Shown in pieces: positions 58,108 through 64,000 of a DNA stretch of 64,000 nt. Numbering within the stretch: the first letter of the stretch is position 1; the number at the start of each line of letters is the position of its first letter. Source of the stretch: Dehalococcoidia bacterium (lineage in GTDB: Bacteria; Chloroflexota; Dehalococcoidia; UBA2979); NCBI GenBank assembly GCA_963667465.2, contig CAXXDN010000001.1, positions 64,001 to 128,000 of the forward strand, written 5' to 3'. The notes beneath the pieces were generated by a model, which did no database searches, was not told the DNA's origin, and saw only the letters and a list, made by a program, of their open reading frames with translations. Both the position numbers and the translations under genes were made by a program.

Positions 58108-60009
58108 GTGGCCCATCCCTTCATCGAGGCGATTCGTGAGCGCGTGCTGCTCGCCGACGGGGCGACCGGCACGGTGCTGCGCGAGCGCGGCTGGCGCGGC
58201 CACAGCCCGCTCGCCGTCCTCGAGGACCCGGACCGCGTGCGCGCGCTGCACGAGGAGTACCTGCGCGCCGGCGCCGACCTGATCCTGACCGACACCTTCG
58301 AGTCGACGCGCATCCAGCTCGCGCGCCACGGCTACGGCGAGCGCGTGCGCGACGTGAACTTCCAGGCCGCCCGGATCGCCCGCGACGCTCGCGAGATCAT
58401 CGGCACGCCCGCCTTCATCGGCGGCTCCGTCAGCCCCTTCGGGCGCGACCTCGCCGTCGGCAGCGTCACGCCGGAGGCGGCGGGCGAGGCCGTGCGCGAG
58501 CAGGTCGGCGCGCTCGTCGAGGGCGGCGTCGACGTGATCGTGCTGGAGACGTACCCCTCGCTCGAGGAGGTGCGGATCGCCATCGAGGCGGTGCGCGCCG
58601 TCACGGACCTGCCGGTGATCGCCGCGCTCGACTTCGTCGCGGCGCTGACGACGCCGGCCGGCGAGTCTCCGCGCGAGGTGGCGGCGCTGCTCGCGGCCGG
58701 GGGCGGCGCGGACGTGGTCGGCGTCAACTGCGGCGTCGGCCCGCGCGCGACGCTCGACATCCTGCAGGAGCTGGCGGCCGCGGGCATCGAGGCGCCGCTG
58801 TTCGTGAAGCCCAACGCGGGCCTCCCGCGCATCACCGCGGGGCAGCCGCTCTACCCCTCGTCGCCGGAGTACTTCGCCAACTTCGCGCTGCGCGCCAAGG
58901 ACCTCAGCGCCGCCGTCGTCGGCGGCTGCTGCGGCGCCACGCCCGAGCACATCCGCGCGATGCGCGAGGCGCTCGACGGCGCGAGCGCCGGCGGCGGGGG
59001 CGGCGCTTCCGAGGGCGGCGGCGCACCGCTTGCAGTCACCGACACGCGCGGCGGCGGCCTCGGCACGGGGCTGCCCGCCGCCGACGAGCCCGCCGAGGGC
59101 GCGGACGCGGAGCCCGCCGGCGAGACGGCGCGGCTGCGCGACAAGCTCGCCGCCGGCGCCTACGTCGTCTCGGTCGAGATCGATCCGCCGCGTGGCATCA
59201 ACCCGCGCAAGGCCGTCGAGGGCGCGCGGCTGCTGCGCGAGGCGGGCGCCGACGCGATCAACATCGGCGACTCGCCGATGGCGCGCGTGCGGATGAGCGC
59301 GCTCGCGCTCGCGCTCGAGATCCAGCGCGAGGCGGGGATCGAGACGATCATCCACCAGACCACGCGCGACCGGAACCTGATGGCGCTACAGGCCGACCTG
59401 CTCGGCGCGCACGCCCTCGGCGTGCGCAACGTGATCGCGCTCACCGGCGACCCGCCGCCCGAGGCCTCGCAGTCCTCGGCGGTCTGGGACGTGGACGCGA
59501 TCGGCTTCATCCGCATCCTCAAGCGGCTCAACGAGGGCGTCGACGTCGCCGGCAACTCGCTCGGCCGTCCGACCGACTTCCTGGTCGCCAGCGCGGCGAA
59601 CCCGACGGCGGGCGACATCCCCGTCGAGGTGGGCCGCGTGCGCGCGAAGCTGGACGCCGGCGCCGACCTGCTGATGACGCAGCCCGTCTACGACCTCGCG
59701 ACGCTCGAGGAGTTCTTCGAGCGCCTCGGTACGGTCGAGGCGCCGGTGCTGCTCGGCATCCTGCCGCTGATGTCCACGCGCCACACGGAGTTCATCCACA
59801 ACGAGCTCGCGGGCGTGATCATCCCGGACGCGATCCGCGAGCGGATGCGCGCGGCGGGCGAGGCCGGCGCCGACGCTGGCCTGGAGATCGCGACCGAGCA
59901 GATCGAGGAGGCGCGCGCCCTCGGCTGGGTTTCCGGCGTCTACATCATGCCCTCGTTCGGCCGCTACGAGGTGGCCGCCGCGCTGGTGCGGCAGATCCGG
60001 GCGGGCTGA
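58108..60009 (+). CDS. Bifunctional homocysteine S-methyltransferase / methylenetetrahydrofolate reductase (YitJ-like)
   Basis: DGATGT, GVNC, PNAGLP and GGCCG, then VEIDPP, RDRNL, TGDPP and TQPVYD. Confidence 0.92.
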   Translation: MAHPFIEAIRERVLLADGATGTVLRERGWRGHSPLAVLEDPDRVRALHEEYLRAGADLILTDTFESTRIQLARHGYGERVRDVNFQAARIARDAREIIGTPAFIGGSVSPFGRDLAVGSVTPEAAGEAVREQVGALVEGGVDVIVLETYPSLEEVRIAIEAVRAVTDLPVIAALDFVAALTTPAGESPREVAALLAAGGGADVVGVNCGVGPRATLDILQELAAAGIEAPLFVKPNAGLPRITAGQPLYPSSPEYFANFALRAKDLSAAVVGGCCGATPEHIRAMREALDGASAGGGGGASEGGGAPLAVTDTRGGGLGTGLPAADEPAEGADAEPAGETARLRDKLAAGAYVVSVEIDPPRGINPRKAVEGARLLREAGADAINIGDSPMARVRMSALALALEIQREAGIETIIHQTTRDRNLMALQADLLGAHALGVRNVIALTGDPPPEASQSSAVWDVDAIGFIRILKRLNEGVDVAGNSLGRPTDFLVASAANPTAGDIPVEVGRVRAKLDAGADLLMTQPVYDLATLEEFFERLGTVEAPVLLGILPLMSTRHTEFIHNELAGVIIPDAIRERMRAAGEAGADAGLEIATEQIEEARALGWVSGVYIMPSFGRYEVAAALVRQIRAG

Positions 60010-60035
60010 GTCGCCGGAGTGGCCTCGGAACGCCC

Positions 60036-60190
60036 GTGCCGATCACGACCGTTGGTCACGGCAGCCTCGCGCTCGACCTGCTGATCGGGAACCTGCGGAG
60101 CACGGACGTCGGGCGGCTCGTCGACGTGCGCTCGGAGCCCTACAGCCGCTGGCGCCCGGAGTTTAACCGCAAGAGCTGGGACCGGATCCT
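60036..60190 (+). pseudogene. DUF488 N-terminal remnant
   Basis: ITTVGHG...LVDVRSEPYSRWRPEFNR, after which the frame runs into antisense of glcF. Confidence 0.6.
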
Positions 60191-60203
60191 CTGTGAGCGG
60201 CGG

Positions 60204-61513
<1,310 letters not shown>

Positions 61514-61517
<4 letters not shown>

Positions 61518-62746
61518 GATTCCGCCTCCCAGCGTCCGCGGTTGATAGTACGCCCCGGATCGAACTGCCGCCGCAACGCGCGCACCAGCGTGCGCTCGGC
61601 CTGGCCGAATGGATCGACCTGCGCGCGCAGCTCGGGCGGGCCCGCCTCGATCTGCAGGAAGCCGCCCCGCTGCTCGGCGCGGGCGCGCAGCGCGAGCACG
61701 TCCGAGGCCTCGCTTGCCGCGCCCGCCGCGATCACGCTGCCCGCCGTGAGGTGCCCCCAGGCCACGAGGCCTCCCGTGCCCCCGGAAGTGCCCGTGCCGT
61801 CGATCTCCTCGATCGCGTCCAGCGTCGCGGCAAGCTCGCCCGCCGGGACGCCGAGGCGCAGCACGACGCCCTGGCCGGCCCCGGCGAGGGCGCGCAGGCG
61901 GTCCCACGAGCCTGCGGGCGGCTCGATCGCCGCGCCCGCGGCCGTCTCGACGATCGCCGCCGCGCAGCGGTCGAGCGTCTGCTCGTCTCCCATCACCTCG
62001 ATCAGCACGTGCGCGCCCTCGTCGAGGCCGGCGACGGCCGCCGCCTGCGGCGAAAGCACGGAGAGCGCGCGCAGCGGCAGCGCCAGCTCGCGCAGCTCAA
62101 GCGCGAGCGCCGAGGCGTCCTCGATGCGCTCGCGCGGCACAGCCAGTGAACGCGTGCCGGGGGGCAGCGTGGCAAGCTTGAACGAGGCCTCGACGATCAC
62201 GCCGAAGACGCCGAGCGCGCCGGTGTGCAGGCGGTGCAGATCGTAGCCACTGACGTTCTTGACCACGCGCCCGCCCGTGGTCACGAGCTCGCCCGAGGGC
62301 GTCGCGACCGTCGCGCCGAGCAGCAGGTCGCGCGCGGCGGGCAACTGCCCGCGCCAGGCGCCCGGCCGCGCCGTCGCCAGCAGCCCGCCGATCGAGACGC
62401 GGCCGTCCGGCGGCGGGTCGATCGGGAGGTACTGCCCGTACTCGGCGAGCATCGACTGCAACGCGCGCAGGCTCATCCCCGCCCCGACGGTCACCGTCAG
62501 GTCGTCCGGCTCGTAGGCGACGGTGCTAGCGAGGCCGGTGAGGTCCAGTGCCACGTCGTAGCGCTCGAGCGGGCGGCCGAGCGAGAGCGCGGTGCGGCCA
62601 CCCTGCGGCGCGACCACCTGCCCCGCCGCGGCGGCCGAGGCGAGCAGCTCCGCGACCTCCTCGGCGCTGCCGGGCCGCCAGGCCCGCTCGGGCGTGACGC
62701 CGTCGATCGGGTACGCCGCCGGGTCCGGCGCTGCCTCGTTGCTCAT
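61514..62746 (-). CDS. glcE: Glycolate oxidase FAD-binding subunit
   Basis: YEPDDLTVTV, GGRVVKNVSGYDL and FDPGRTINRGR. Confidence 0.88.
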
Positions 62747-62756
62747 GCCGCGCGGC

Positions 62757-64000
62757 CTAGATGTAGACGCCGGGCGTCGCGAGGTGCTGGCGCAGCTCGG
62801 CGGCGTGCCCGGAGGCGCAGCCGTGCCCGGAGGGCATCACCTTGCAGGGGTTGAAGGTGTCACCCGTGCCGAACGCGATGCGCAGGCGCTCCATCGCCTC
62901 GAGGTCCGGGGGGGCGAAGATCCACTCCATGTAGGAGCGCTTCTCGAGGCCAATGCCGTGCTCGCCGGTGATCGAGCCGCCCGCCTCGACGCAGATGCGC
63001 ATGATCTCCCCGCCGAGGTCGAGCACGCGCTCCGTCGCACCCTCGTCGAGCTCGTCGAACATGATGTTGGGGTGCAGGTTGCCGTCGCCGGCGTGGAAGA
63101 TGTTGGCGCAGCGGAAGCCGTACTCATCGGCCAGCCCGTTCACCGCCGCCATCACCTCCGGCAGCTTCGTGCGCGGCACCACGCCGTCGAGGATGTAGAA
63201 GTTCGGCGAACTGGCGCCGATCGCGCCGATCCCGCCCTTGCGGCCCTCCCAGAGCCGCGCGCGCTCCTCCTCGGATTCGGCGACGCGGATCTCGCGCGCG
63301 CCCGCGCCGCGGCACGCCGCGTCGACGCGCTCGACGTCGGCGGCGACCGACTCCGGGACGCCCTCGACCTCGATCAGCAGCACCGCGCCGGCGTCGAGCG
63401 GGTAGCCGACGTGCATCTGCGGCTCGACGATGCGGATGATCGCCTGGTCCAGCATCTCCATCGCCACCGGCAGCACGCCGCCGCGAATCACCGCCGAAAC
63501 CGCCTCCGAGGCGTCGTCGATGCTGTCGAAGATCGCGAGCATGGTGCGCACATCGGGCGGCAGGCTGACGAGCGCGACGCAGACCTTGGTGACGATGCCG
63601 AGCGTGCCTTCCGAGCCGCAAAGGATGCCGCGCAGGTCCGGTCCCGGCACGTCCGGCTGCCGCCCGCCGAGCCAGGTCAGCCGCCCGTCCGGCAGGACCA
63701 CCTCGATGCCAAGCACGTGGTTGACGGTGCTGCCGTGCGCGAGCGTGTGCGGCCCGCCGGCGTTCGTCCCGACGTTGCCGCCGATGGTGCAGATGCGCTG
63801 CGAGGAGGGGTCGGGCGCGTAGCGCAACCCGAACTCGGCGCTGCGGTCTTGCAAGTCGAGGTTGATCACCCCCGGCTCGAGGACGGCGATGCGGTTGACC
63901 GGGTCCAGTTCGAGGATGCGGTTCATGCGCGTCATCACGAGCGCCACACCGCCGAGGATCGGCACCGCGCCGCCCGCCAGCCCCGTCCCGGAGCCTCGAG
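62757..64000 (-). CDS. glcD: Glycolate oxidase subunit GlcD, 5' partial
   Basis: RGSGTGLAGG, PDPSSQ, GSEGTLG, HAGDGNLHP and TGEHGIG; open to the window end. Confidence 0.9.
   Translation of the reverse strand, partial: RGSGTGLAGGAVPILGGVALVMTRMNRILELDPVNRIAVLEPGVINLDLQDRSAEFGLRYAPDPSSQRICTIGGNVGTNAGGPHTLAHGSTVNHVLGIEVVLPDGRLTWLGGRQPDVPGPDLRGILCGSEGTLGIVTKVCVALVSLPPDVRTMLAIFDSIDDASEAVSAVIRGGVLPVAMEMLDQAIIRIVEPQMHVGYPLDAGAVLLIEVEGVPESVAADVERVDAACRGAGAREIRVAESEEERARLWEGRKGGIGAIGASSPNFYILDGVVPRTKLPEVMAAVNGLADEYGFRCANIFHAGDGNLHPNIMFDELDEGATERVLDLGGEIMRICVEAGGSITGEHGIGLEKRSYMEWIFAPPDLEAMERLRIAFGTGDTFNPCKVMPSGHGCASGHAAELRQHLATPGVYI

Overview
High-GC bacterial chromosomal window. Gene content suggests a Chloroflexota/Dehalococcoidia-like heterotroph; this is inference only. 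Left third (1-26 kb): acyl-CoA catabolic genes (MaoC-like dehydratase, family III CoA-transferases, acyl-CoA dehydrogenases, hydrolases, a xanthine-dehydrogenase-family large subunit), interrupted by small lower-GC inserts (GmrSD-like nuclease, OB-fold membrane protein, toxin-antitoxin remnants). Middle (26-50 kb): housekeeping genes recG-degV-fakA, rpmB, rpe, argJ-argB-UPF0182-argD-argG-argH, nth, a selenocysteine-encoding selD that the ORF track truncates, an LprG/P55-like lipoprotein-MFS pair, a CIRCE-regulated groEL, orphan nuoB and iscS. 50-55.9 kb: an accessory/defence islet lying between iscS and a SufR-like/IscA pair. It holds an MmeI-like R-M enzyme with a compositionally distinct specificity segment, a divergent HEPN-like gene sharing a candidate bidirectional promoter, a 14-aa-repeat ORF in frame with a DUF4258-like toxin, two DUF2283-like genes and two DUF1640-like genes. 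Right end: REP-like array, EVE protein, YitJ-like methionine gene, glcDEF. No rRNA, tRNA, CRISPR array, transposase or integrase was seen. All family calls come from motif recognition by eye, with no database searches.
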